Positions 20,044 through 29,563 of a stretch of 64,000 nt of DNA are shown here, piece by piece. The stretch is from assembly GCA_965218095.1 (NCBI GenBank), contig OZ244587.1:1152001-1216000 (forward strand). The letters are read 5' to 3'. Positions within the stretch are counted from its first letter, which is position 1. Each line of letters begins with the position of its first letter. The position numbers and the translations under genes were made by a program. The notes below the pieces were generated by a model, which was not told the origin of the DNA, did not search any database, and saw only the letters and a list, made by a program, of their open reading frames with translations. Source of the DNA: Candidatus Poribacteria bacterium (lineage in GTDB: Bacteria > Poribacteria > WGA-4E > PCPOR2b).

Positions 20044-21156
20044 ATGAGAATCGATCGCATTGATGTGTATTATGTTAGCCTGCCGCTCATTTACCCCTGG
20101 CGCACGGCCTATGGCGAGGATGCTGCTGTACATTCGGTGCTCGTGCGCATGGGATCGGATGAATACGTGGGATGGGGCGAGACCACGCCGCTCAAAGCCC
20201 CGGCGTACTCGCCCGAAAGCACGATGTCGGCATACCACACGATAGCTGAGTTTATCGCACCGGTGCTGGTGGGTCAAACGTTTGACACCGCCGACGAACT
20301 GCTAGCGGTATATAATTGGATCAAGGGTAACCCGTTTGCCAAGGCGGGTCCCGAAATTGCCTGGTGGATGCTCAAAGCGAGCATGGAAGGTGCGCCGCTG
20401 CACAAACTGCTAGGCGGCACCTTCAGAAAGGTAGATGCAGGCGCCGATTTTGGCATACAGGATTCCATTGACATGCTGTTGGAGAAGATTCAGGGAGCTG
20501 TTGACAATGGCTTCAAACGGGTTAAGCTCAAGGTGCGGCCAGGTTGGGATCTGGAGATGTTGCAGGCGGCCCGTGCGAGTTTCCCCCAGCAAACCTTCCA
20601 TATTGATTGTAACTCTGGATATACGCTGGACGATATTGGCTTCTTTAAGGGGGTAGATAAGTTGGGATTGGCGATGATTGAGCAGCCATTGTATCACAAC
20701 GACCTGCTGGAGCACGCCGAGTTGCAGAAGCGGATCGAGACGCCGGTTTGTTTGGACGAGTCAATTACATCGGTGCGCGCTTTTGAATGGGCATTGAAGC
20801 TGAAGTCGTGTCAGATCCTCAACCTCAAGACCGGCCGCGTCGGTGGTTTGTCGGTGGCGGTGAAGCTGCACAACATGGCGCGTGACGCCGGCATCCCATG
20901 CTGGGTGGGCAGCATGTTGGAGAGCGGCATCGGCGGTGGCATCTTAATCGAGTTGGCGACGCTCGACAATTTCACTTACCCCGGTGACATCTTTCCCAGT
21001 AATTTTTTCTACCGACAGGATTTGACAGAACTGGAACTAGTGTTGAATGATGACTGCACCTTTACGCCATCGCGGACGCCCGGGACGCCATATAAGCCGG
21101 TGTTGGAGCGTGTTGAGAAGGCGGCGCTGCACAGCCAAACCATTCTGCCGAAGTGA
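20044..21156 (+). CDS. menC: o-succinylbenzoate synthase / N-acylamino acid racemase type enzyme
   Basis: APAYSPE, KGNPFAKAG, RVKLKV.PGWD, IDCNS, IEQP, LDESI, WVGSMLESG. Confidence 0.8.
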   Translation: MRIDRIDVYYVSLPLIYPWRTAYGEDAAVHSVLVRMGSDEYVGWGETTPLKAPAYSPESTMSAYHTIAEFIAPVLVGQTFDTADELLAVYNWIKGNPFAKAGPEIAWWMLKASMEGAPLHKLLGGTFRKVDAGADFGIQDSIDMLLEKIQGAVDNGFKRVKLKVRPGWDLEMLQAARASFPQQTFHIDCNSGYTLDDIGFFKGVDKLGLAMIEQPLYHNDLLEHAELQKRIETPVCLDESITSVRAFEWALKLKSCQILNLKTGRVGGLSVAVKLHNMARDAGIPCWVGSMLESGIGGGILIELATLDNFTYPGDIFPSNFFYRQDLTELELVLNDDCTFTPSRTPGTPYKPVLERVEKAALHSQTILPK

Positions 21157-21431
21157 CGAGATTACAGTTCATCGTTAGGTTTCTTAATCCCGATTTATCG
21201 GGGCACAGCCTGACCTACTTTACTGACACAGTTCTACTTTCTGCGAAGACTTTAGAGATCCTGTCATTCGATGGGTTGATGACAGACGGGATTATGGGGA
21301 AACCCGAAGGATTGGCATCGGCCACACCGAAGGATTTTTCTTCGGATCACGCATACTTTACGCGGACGCAAAATCCGCATAATCAATGCGCAGGAGGCAA
21401 AGAATCATGAAAAAAGAACGCAATAAGTAGA

Positions 21432-21524
21432 TTAGGGCTTTAAGGGTTGATTGGCGCCGGGTAGTTCTTCAACAAATCCGATGTATCCTTCTGGGACTTT
21501 TTTGAAAACTGCGGTGAATTTCAT
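21432..21524 (-). pseudogene. Truncated HicB-like antitoxin
   Basis: RBS GGAGG; MKFTAVFKKVPEGYIGFVEELPGAN then stop; lacks the expected TQG.T.EEA continuation. Confidence 0.7.
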
Positions 21525-21605
21525 ATCGGAACCTCCCTAGCTGTTAGACGTTTCTTTATGTTCTGTGTTTAATGAGAAGCCCCCCCCTAGCCCCCCGCAA
21601 GCGGG

Positions 21606-21878
21606 CTTACTATTACCCACAAGTCTGCAAAGTCGGACGGGGAACGGCTTCACCCGCGTCTTGCTTGACTTAACCCTTACGTGCAAGTTGAGAAAGTCGG
21701 CGGTTCTTTGCTCCCAAGTCAGATAGAGAGCCCGGGACGGCCGTCATCTGGGGAGGATGGCAGCGGTTGAGAGATATTTCTGACACCTTTTTCCTTTTAC
21801 ACGCTGCTGAAATGAACGATAGTTGTTAGCTTTAACATAGACGGCGCCTACCTCCGGGGACTTGTGGGTAATAGTAAG
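21606..21878 (+). mobile_element. Internally deleted IS4-family (IS50/Tn5-like) miniature element
   Basis: Perfect IR cttactattacccacaagtc / gacttgtgggtaatagtaag; internal remnant KSDREPGTAVIWGGWQRLRD. Confidence 0.8.
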
Positions 21879-21950
21879 CTTCTTAAGGGGAAGAAATCTT
21901 TGTGAGGGAAGGTTTGCGACATTCCCTTTAGATTATGGGAACGGTAAGTC

Positions 21951-22934
21951 TCATCTTGATTCTTCTATTGCTACATGTATACTTTTTGCTGCGGTTGCCC
22001 CAAAAGCGCCCATCACGGGTTTCCCATCTTGATCCCGAAGATTCGATCTTCGCGCATCATTCAATGGCAATGATGAAAAGATATAACGCCCATATTCCGG
22101 GCTGAGCGCTTCAACCGTGATTCTCAGAACTTTGCCAGCATTTGATTTTCGACTCACATAGAAATCTTCTTTTCCGATAGAAACACCGTGCTTTTCTGTC
22201 AGATCTTTATCCCTGGACGATGAATATGAAGTGAGGAATCTAGATTCTGGTTTATCTTCACGGATGCGTGCTGGTACTTCAACGGTAACGAGGTATGAAG
22301 TCACATCCAAATCTGATTTCCAAAAAATTGCCTTTTCATCATTGATCTTCAGTGTTATGAGGTCGTCATCAAAGGTCGAAAGTGTATCAATATCGATGAA
22401 TTCAACCGGAGGATACACCGTTGTCACACCGGTAATCGTTTTATCGAACGCTCTGGAATAGATTTCTATTCGATATTGGGCATAGAGTTTTACCTGAAAA
22501 CGGTTTGATTTTGGTTTGTAGCCTCCATCGGGGATTACATTTCTGGCATCTTCGCCGTTGAAACCTTCATGATACCGAATGACGACCCTATCAGCTAGCT
22601 CAACATACTGAAATTCGTATTCTTCGCCTGAATTCAAATTTGTCACTGTGACGATAGCCGTCGTATCCTGGACAAGCGGGAGGGTTTCGTCGTATTCATC
22701 GATCTCGCCATCTCCGTCATTATCAATTCCGTCGTATACATCAGAATCCGTAATCGCCTCGGTTCTGATTATCCGGATGATAGAATCTTGCGGGTTATCG
22801 TGTTGAAGCCGTCCCAAAACTTTTAATTCCGGTTGGTAATTTCCAAAATCATCTCTGAAATCGGCAACATCCAGTTCTCGTTCACATGAGAGACAAACCG
22901 TTGACAAAAGCACAATCAGCGAAATTCTTATCAT
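21951..22934 (-). CDS. Outer-membrane lipoprotein (DUF4249-like) partner of the TonB-dependent receptor
   Basis: Lipobox CLSC, C-terminal SNL...VMGAFGA, acidic loop DGIDNDGDGEIDE. Confidence 0.75.
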   Translation of the reverse strand: MIRISLIVLLSTVCLSCERELDVADFRDDFGNYQPELKVLGRLQHDNPQDSIIRIIRTEAITDSDVYDGIDNDGDGEIDEYDETLPLVQDTTAIVTVTNLNSGEEYEFQYVELADRVVIRYHEGFNGEDARNVIPDGGYKPKSNRFQVKLYAQYRIEIYSRAFDKTITGVTTVYPPVEFIDIDTLSTFDDDLITLKINDEKAIFWKSDLDVTSYLVTVEVPARIREDKPESRFLTSYSSSRDKDLTEKHGVSIGKEDFYVSRKSNAGKVLRITVEALSPEYGRYIFSSLPLNDARRSNLRDQDGKPVMGAFGATAAKSIHVAIEESR

Positions 22935-22950
22935 CTGCACTGTTTTGCTC

Positions 22951-25278
22951 CTAGAACTCGAATTCCAATCCAAAGGACGGGATAATTGGGAACATACTGA
23001 TCGCTCTAACTTCTGAAGGTGAACTATCGTGATTCCAAAGATAGATGAGATAGTTGTAATGATTCGTAAAATTGATGACCTGAAGCTTGAATTTCCCATT
23101 CACCCCAAAGGGTGAGATGTCTCTAATCCAGGCGATATCTCCCCGAACATAGGGTGGATAACGGGATGAATTCCTTCTGCCCTGGATACTGATAACTCTC
23201 GCATAGGGATTATCCAGCGCGTCGCCCTCATGATAGACTTTGCCGACGACCGGCGTATACGGTTGACCGCTTGACATAGTCCAGGACAGCGATACCCGAT
23301 TTCTCATGCTCACCTGATAACTGGCAACCAAGTTGAGTGAATGCAGTCTTGAGTATTTGGGCGTATAAACCTCAGACGCTTGATTCTCAGTTTTTTCGAT
23401 CTTGCCATCACCATTGAAATCGAATCGTCTTTCAATATTCGAATATGAATAGCCGAGCCAGCCTGAAACTTTTCCAGTGGTTTTCTTCAGAAAAAACTCC
23501 AATCCCCAAACACGCCCTGTGCCAGCTATGAACTCATCAAACTCAATGCCGGGGTCATTATCCGGATTGTTGGTGAGGACATTGCTATAGGGTTTATAAT
23601 AGGTTTCAATGGATCCGGTAAACCCCGGATTGAACCATCGTTCTATTCCAAGAATGAAATGCTGATTCTTTATTGCATCAAATTCTTCGGGTACTGGTAG
23701 CCAGAAATCGACAAGCTGCAGAACTTGATCTTCATCATTGACAGTGAAAAGGAATTGATTGAACCCGCCCCAACTTCCCTTAAATGTCAAGTTTTCCGTT
23801 AACAGGTATTTGAATCCGAGCCGTGGATCAAGATAGATGTTATCATGTAACTCATATTTGGAACCTCGCAACCCCAATTGAAGTGAGAGCAGGTTATTGA
23901 CTTTCCATCTATCCTGAACAAAAGCGCTGAAGACGTAGGGGTTTTGCTTGATGTCAAAGAAATTGACGTTATCCACATGAAAGTTAAATTCCATGCTCAG
24001 TTTCTTTAGCGCGGCTCCCAGTTTCAGGGTATGCCGAGGAGATAGGTACCATGTTAATCGTTCCGAGACTGAAACGTCCTGAATTTGATTGGTTGCGTTG
24101 GCGATTGTTTCGTCTTGGTTTCCACTGCTGTCAATTTCTGTGTGTTTCAGATCCACATCAAAATCAAAATTGGAGCGCGTCAGGACAAATTCTGAGAAGA
24201 ACCTTGCGTTAGGAACAAATCGCCACTTCAGACTGGGGGCGTTATTTCCCCAATCCCAGTTAAAATCTGTTTTGTCATCAGAATCCTCCTCATCAAAGAA
24301 GAACCTCAAGACATCGCGTCCATCGAAGGTCGAAAACGTCAACCTGTTTTCTGAATTCAGATCGCTGAAGATTTTGATTTGACCGTCCCAGAAGTAATAC
24401 CTCCAGTCCTGATCTTCTCCCCTTACTCTATTGGATTGCGCAGCAAGGAGATCAAAATAGGTTCTTCTACCGGAGATAATCCAGGCGCCCTTGTAGAACG
24501 GTCCTTCCAGCATCATTTTGCTACTGAGGAGCGAGATTTCTCCCTTTCCCTTGATTTGCTTTCCTTCTCTTGATGTAATGTCCAAAACAGATGACAGTCT
24601 ACCGGGGTATTCTGCGGGATAGCCACCAGCCAGGAATTTAGCATCGGCGATCGTATCTGCGTTAAACGTCGAGAATAACCCGACAAGATGATACGGATTA
24701 TAAATCTCTGCACCATCAACCAGAATTAGGTTTTCATCAGGACTTCCACCACGCACGACCAGCGCAGAGCTAAAGTCGCTTTGTGAAGTGACACTCGGGA
24801 GTTGCTGTATTGTCCGAAAAACATCGGCTTCAACAAATGACGGTGTACTGACTATCTCTTTGGAACTGATATTTGTGCGACTGATTTCCACATCTTCTTT
24901 GAATCGCGTTTTTTCGCCAGTCACCGTCACTTCATCAAGTCGAATTGCTTCCGGCGCGACCTCAACATCAAATCTCAACTCGCCGTTGGGTTGAACTTCT
25001 ATTTCCTTTTCAACCCGCTCATATCGTGTCATTGAAACGATTAACTTGTATTTACCTGGCGGTATGCCGTTCAATACATAATATCCATGCACATCGGTTG
25101 TTGCGGCAAATTGAGTGTTTTGCAGCATTACATTGGTATACGGCAATGGTTCTCCGGTGACCTTGTCATGCAAGTACCCATTGATACGACCCGTCCCCTG
25201 AGCAAACAGGAGCGTTGGCAAGAACGCCATCAACGAGAGTGTTAAGACACTGGTGTTCCGGTTAAATATCTGGCGCAT
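22951..25278 (-). CDS. TonB-dependent receptor with N-terminal carboxypeptidase-like regulatory domain
   Basis: Signal peptide, DKVTGEPL, VRGGSPDENLILVDG, GGYPAEYPGRLSSV, terminal GLEFEF. Confidence 0.93.
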   Translation of the reverse strand: MRQIFNRNTSVLTLSLMAFLPTLLFAQGTGRINGYLHDKVTGEPLPYTNVMLQNTQFAATTDVHGYYVLNGIPPGKYKLIVSMTRYERVEKEIEVQPNGELRFDVEVAPEAIRLDEVTVTGEKTRFKEDVEISRTNISSKEIVSTPSFVEADVFRTIQQLPSVTSQSDFSSALVVRGGSPDENLILVDGAEIYNPYHLVGLFSTFNADTIADAKFLAGGYPAEYPGRLSSVLDITSREGKQIKGKGEISLLSSKMMLEGPFYKGAWIISGRRTYFDLLAAQSNRVRGEDQDWRYYFWDGQIKIFSDLNSENRLTFSTFDGRDVLRFFFDEEDSDDKTDFNWDWGNNAPSLKWRFVPNARFFSEFVLTRSNFDFDVDLKHTEIDSSGNQDETIANATNQIQDVSVSERLTWYLSPRHTLKLGAALKKLSMEFNFHVDNVNFFDIKQNPYVFSAFVQDRWKVNNLLSLQLGLRGSKYELHDNIYLDPRLGFKYLLTENLTFKGSWGGFNQFLFTVNDEDQVLQLVDFWLPVPEEFDAIKNQHFILGIERWFNPGFTGSIETYYKPYSNVLTNNPDNDPGIEFDEFIAGTGRVWGLEFFLKKTTGKVSGWLGYSYSNIERRFDFNGDGKIEKTENQASEVYTPKYSRLHSLNLVASYQVSMRNRVSLSWTMSSGQPYTPVVGKVYHEGDALDNPYARVISIQGRRNSSRYPPYVRGDIAWIRDISPFGVNGKFKLQVINFTNHYNYLIYLWNHDSSPSEVRAISMFPIIPSFGLEFEF

Positions 25279-25587
25279 TAGACCTTTTTTCTTTCGGCTT
25301 GATGCCAGGAAGAGTTTCCCCAAATGCTTTTTGGGCAAGGATTTCTGTGCAATTGGGGCACTCAGTTCGGGACAGGTGATCGAAGATTAGTATCGAATCT
25401 GAAGCATGAGTTCCGACATTGTAGCTTAAAGTAACCTGAATGTCAAGTATTCATGGGCTTTCTACGTCCATCCACACACAACCACGCTCAAAGCCCCTTT
25501 GCTAGTAAATTGTAGGCGGATTTCACGAAATCAGTGGGAATCCCCCGTTATCACTGCGTTTTTCCAATTTTTGCCGATACTCAGAAG

Positions 25588-26157
25588 TTAGTCATTCTTC
25601 TTTACCATGTATTTCGTCTGCACAAATCCAAAGTCGAAAATGGTCGTACGCATGTGGGTCAAGTTAATGCTTTTCTCTAAAGAACCGAAGAGCGGTATCC
25701 CGTCTCCAAGTATGACGGGGATTGTCGTCACTGTAAACTCATCGACCAAACCCTCGGAAAGAAATCGTTGAATTGTAATTCCACCATCAACGTACACACG
25801 CTCTGCCCCTTCGTCTGCGAGCCTCTCGAGAAGATCCTGTGGCGCGTCCGATGAATGGGTGACAGTATTCGGCACATTTGGCGGAAAAGAAATCGCGTTG
25901 CGACTCAGAACGACAATTGGCTTTCCCTCATAAGGCCACTCGCCGAAAGACAATACAGTTTCATAGGTCTTTCGCCCCATGACGATTGTGTCGACTGAGT
26001 CCAAGAACGCCTTAAAGCCGCAATCTTCGCCACGCGGAACAGTGGCGTTTGATTCGTTCAACCAGTCAAGTTCACCATCCTTCCCAGCGATGAACCCATC
26101 CAAGCTGGTTGCAATGTAGACGGATACTTTTACGGGCATTTCTTGCGATGTCAACAT
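25588..26157 (-). CDS. Dihydrofolate reductase-like (RibD C-terminal) protein
   Basis: YIATSLDGFIA, MGRKTYE, VDGG, IPVILGDGIPLF. Confidence 0.9.
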   Translation of the reverse strand: MLTSQEMPVKVSVYIATSLDGFIAGKDGELDWLNESNATVPRGEDCGFKAFLDSVDTIVMGRKTYETVLSFGEWPYEGKPIVVLSRNAISFPPNVPNTVTHSSDAPQDLLERLADEGAERVYVDGGITIQRFLSEGLVDEFTVTTIPVILGDGIPLFGSLEKSINLTHMRTTIFDFGFVQTKYMVKKND

Positions 26158-26258
26158 CTAGATCCTATTTCTGCGCGGAAACGCGCAATGAATGGGATAA
26201 GAGAAAACGGGAAATCGGGGATTTGATAATCGAAGATCACTACTACCAACCATGTGAT

Positions 26259-26296
26259 AAGAAGGGCTAGAGAGCTTCAACTCTCTAGCCCTTCTT
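26259..26296. repeat. Perfect 16-bp inverted repeat overlapping the methyltransferase stop
   Basis: aagaagggctagagag-cttcaa-ctctctagcccttctt. Confidence 0.7.
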
Positions 26297-27091
26297 TCCC
26301 ACCCCCAGGATATGTGCGCTGACACCTATAAGCGTTGTTTCATCTTCTATTAAGCGCAGCGCGTCAAGAATAATCTCTCTCCGTTCAATGTCCGCCCACC
26401 GCTCCTCAAGATCTCCCAAAAGCCATGCTGGTCCTTCCAGTCCCATTGTTTTCAGATGGCGAAGTCCTGCCTCTTCGATTTCCTCTGGCAATTCATCCGG
26501 TCTGTGCAAGTATGCTGTCGTGAAATAGTGGGGGACTTCCTTCGGATTGAGGTGTTTTCCATCTCGCAAGTCTTTTTGTACAGTTTCACGAAACTCGGGG
26601 TCAGACAACAATCCCTGCCTCAATCCATCAAGAAGGGGCACGAACCTCGATATGACAGCACAGAAAGCCAAGCCACCCTTTTTTAAGACTCGACGAGTTT
26701 CTTTCAGTACCCGAATTCGATCCGACCGGTCCTGAAGGTGATAGAGCGGTCCTAGCAATAGCACCGCCTCCATAGAGTCGAACTCGAAATCAAGACTTCT
26801 GGCATCTCCTTGGCAGATGCTTGCAAGGATACCCTCACTGTCCGTAGCCTTTGCCTGCTCCACATGCAAGGGAACAATGTCGACCAGATGCACTTTATAC
26901 GATCCCTTCGCAAGCCAGAAGGCGTAGGCTCCTGATCCGCCTCCGACATCAAGAATCTGGGCAGGCGGAGGCGGCAAATACCTCAGCAGGATTTCCTTTG
27001 TTCTTTCAAATTCCACACGGGAAGGCCCCTTGGCAAGACGAGTTGCCTCTCCTTTGACAGTCTCGTAGTGTCTGACCATCTTCGAATCCAT
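26285..27091 (-). CDS. Class I SAM-dependent methyltransferase
   Basis: ILDVGGGSG, GDAR, LLGPLYHL. Confidence 0.9.
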   Translation of the reverse strand: MDSKMVRHYETVKGEATRLAKGPSRVEFERTKEILLRYLPPPPAQILDVGGGSGAYAFWLAKGSYKVHLVDIVPLHVEQAKATDSEGILASICQGDARSLDFEFDSMEAVLLLGPLYHLQDRSDRIRVLKETRRVLKKGGLAFCAVISRFVPLLDGLRQGLLSDPEFRETVQKDLRDGKHLNPKEVPHYFTTAYLHRPDELPEEIEEAGLRHLKTMGLEGPAWLLGDLEERWADIERREIILDALRLIEDETTLIGVSAHILGVGKKG

Positions 27092-27162
27092 TATCGATTT
27101 CTCCTAGATTGGGCGTTTATCCGCTCCAACACTGAAATGAATAGCTTTCGATTTCCTATGTT

Positions 27163-27279
27163 GCCTAACGTATCGCCGGTTTGTGAGCCCTAGCTCCTCG
27201 GTTGAGCCCGTCGAAGCATGTCAAGGAGTTGCCGAAGGCCAATACCGACAACCTTGCAGCGCAAACCGTGCTGTTATGC
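27163..27279 (-). other. attC-like site (117 bp)
   Basis: Minus strand GCATAAC-agca-CGGTTTG...CAAACCG-gcgatac-GTTAGGC, 25 bp after the stop at 27305. Confidence 0.7.
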
Positions 27280-27304
27280 GTAACTTGCGTAGCCCACGGC
27301 TCCC

Positions 27305-28164
27305 TCAGTCAAGTAATCTCAGCCCGTCAAAGGCCACCCGGTAGCCGTGTTTCCCAGCATACTCATCAAGCTCATCATGCTCCAAATTCCCCTCGTGAGA
27401 TATGTGAGTCGCATAGACTATTCCATTGTCCTTGAGCAATCCAACTTCGCGAAATCGATCAGCGTGAGCGATGACGTCTCGTGATCCCAGATGGTCTGCC
27501 GGCCTTGAGTCAAGACCAATTCCATAGGTGTGATCGAGGACAAGCAAGTCATACCGTGTGCGGTGGAGTAGAAGATGCTCCCAGACCTCCTCGGACAGAA
27601 CCGACGTGTCGGTGCCATAGAATACTGCATGGTACCCTTGCTCTATTGAATATAGTAGATATCCTTGATCAGTGCCGTGGTTAGCAGGGTACCCGGTAAC
27701 GCGGTAGTTCCCTACCGCGTTACCGGGTACAGCGTAACGGATAACACATTCATCTTCAGTGCGGCCTGTGTGTCTGGGTCGAAAATGCTCCCGTATTCAC
27801 ATCTTCGACACACAATCTCATCGACAGCTCTCAGGGTTTCACTGGAGCCAACAAAGAGCAAATCACTGGAGACCACTGTTCCGTATTCTGCGTGTCTAGA
27901 GATGATGAACTCGGTATCTAAATGGTCTTCGTGAGAGTGCGTTTGTAGACAGACGCTGATGCCGGCGAGAGAGAGATTGTGTTCGAACGACGCGACTGCT
28001 ACGTCGGGCCCAATGTCAACAAGCAAATCATCGTTGATGATGATTGAAGATCGCCGGCGCAGGTTCTTTCCGCCAACCCTTCTGGCATCCGTGCATACTT
28101 GGCAGGTGCAGAAAGGAATCGGCATTGATGGCGCTGCCGCTGTTCCGAGAAAGGTCACTTGCAT
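27305..28164 (-). pseudogene. PhnP-like metallo-beta-lactamase-fold hydrolase, frameshifted
   Basis: FLGTAA, CTCQVC, THSHEDH; second frame ANHG, YGTDT, ATHISH; break at the 27689-27730 hairpin. Confidence 0.85.
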
Positions 28165-28318
28165 CCGCTAGGCTACCCTCCAGTTTTCGCCATCGCAATC
28201 GGGGTATTCAAGGTGCTCACTGATTTGGGGGAGGCGGCCGTAGCAAAAGTATGGACATGTTGTTCCCAGTCGGTTCAACAAGTGATTGAGCATCCAGAAT
28301 TCTCCTGCGCGCATATTC

Positions 28319-28467
28319 GCATAACGTTCTCCGGTTTGCGAACCCGCGAAGCGGGTTGCCGAAGGCTAAGTCCCGCGGAGCCGCTATAGTGCAGACACAA
28401 TGACGGCACCAAGTGCAGGGCAATACTTTGGGTTTGATGAAGGCCCGTAACAAACTCCATGTTGAAG
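28319..28467 (-). other. attC-like site (149 bp)
   Basis: Minus strand CTTCAAC-atgga-GTTTG...CAAACCG-gagaac-GTTATGC; shares ccggtttg and gttgccgaaggc with the 27163 site. Confidence 0.6.
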
Positions 28468-28567
28468 GCGATGTCGCCTATACATCCCGACTCTCTTAAG
28501 AGCGAAGAAGCAATAGTACCGAAATGCGACATCGCGCTGCTTACTCCTGTGCCAATCTACAGACAGG

Positions 28568-29533
28568 TTATCTCCACCTAGACTTCAGGTCCGCTTCAAT
28601 CTCCGGCCAAGCTACTTGCAGTTTTGCTGCTCCGACCATCAAGGCATACACAACATCGTTAAACTCCTCTGGGATCCCCGTTTCGTGGGTAAATGCCCTC
28701 ACAAACTCAGCGGATTCTTCACCTACTTTTTTACAAATCTCGTTTTTGTCCCCTAAGAGTTTTGAAGTAGACGAACCCATTGGGTTTTGAGCGACTGCAA
28801 CAATTCTGCGGTACTCTTCCTCCCATGGATTGGTGATTTTCCGTCCAATCAACGAGATGTCGCTAAACCGTACAACCTCAGCCACCCTAAGGCCTGTTCT
28901 AGACATTGCACTATCGGGCGATTTGTCTCCGCGATATACGACCTCGACACACCAATCGTGGGTGCCTTCCGCTACAGTGTTCTCAGTGTCACCAGCATAG
29001 GCAACGACGCTGAATTGCAAATCTCTTAATTGGAGTTGTTGCGAAAGGTATTGACAAGATGTTCGTTCATATTTCTTGTTTATGGCAATAGACACGGGTG
29101 GCGAAGATTCAGGAATTAGTCCTTCTCGGTTCAACAAACAGAGAGCAGGCCGTTTGAACTGAGCATTCGGGTCGAACCAATCGTAAGTATTGAGAACCCC
29201 AAGCGGAGAATTGCTAGCCCCCAATATGTACTCATCGAACAAATCGTCTCCGGTAAGGCCATAGGCGACTTCTCCACGTTGGATGCAATCATTGACACGT
29301 TGAGGCACATCCTCTCCCCGTGCTGACACGATGTCAAGGATTCCTTTGCTCCGGTCAGCCTGATCGAACTCGCCTGTATCGCGGACACCGATTTCTCTGA
29401 GGAGACTGTTCACATATTCACTCAAGCCCCTGTTTTTCGGAATATAGAGTGTCGCCCTTGGTTCAGGGACAAATTGACCGATGGTTTCTCGAAACACGTT
29501 TTTCTCCTCTAAAGCAAATGGGTAAGGCATCAA
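28568..29533 (-). CDS. Fusion of short HisG-like ATP phosphoribosyltransferase and HisE-like PR-ATP pyrophosphatase
   Basis: IPKNRGL, RGEDVP, GLTGDDLFDE, GDTE; C-terminal STSKLL..KKVGEESAE..EEFNDVVY. Confidence 0.75.
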   Translation of the reverse strand: MMPYPFALEEKNVFRETIGQFVPEPRATLYIPKNRGLSEYVNSLLREIGVRDTGEFDQADRSKGILDIVSARGEDVPQRVNDCIQRGEVAYGLTGDDLFDEYILGASNSPLGVLNTYDWFDPNAQFKRPALCLLNREGLIPESSPPVSIAINKKYERTSCQYLSQQLQLRDLQFSVVAYAGDTENTVAEGTHDWCVEVVYRGDKSPDSAMSRTGLRVAEVVRFSDISLIGRKITNPWEEEYRRIVAVAQNPMGSSTSKLLGDKNEICKKVGEESAEFVRAFTHETGIPEEFNDVVYALMVGAAKLQVAWPEIEADLKSRWR

Positions 29534-29563
29534 TGCCGGTGTGGCAGGTGGTAGAGTGGTAAG

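Noticed and set aside
20044-21156. Menaquinone operon
   Set aside because: No other men genes nearby; a racemase role is equally plausible
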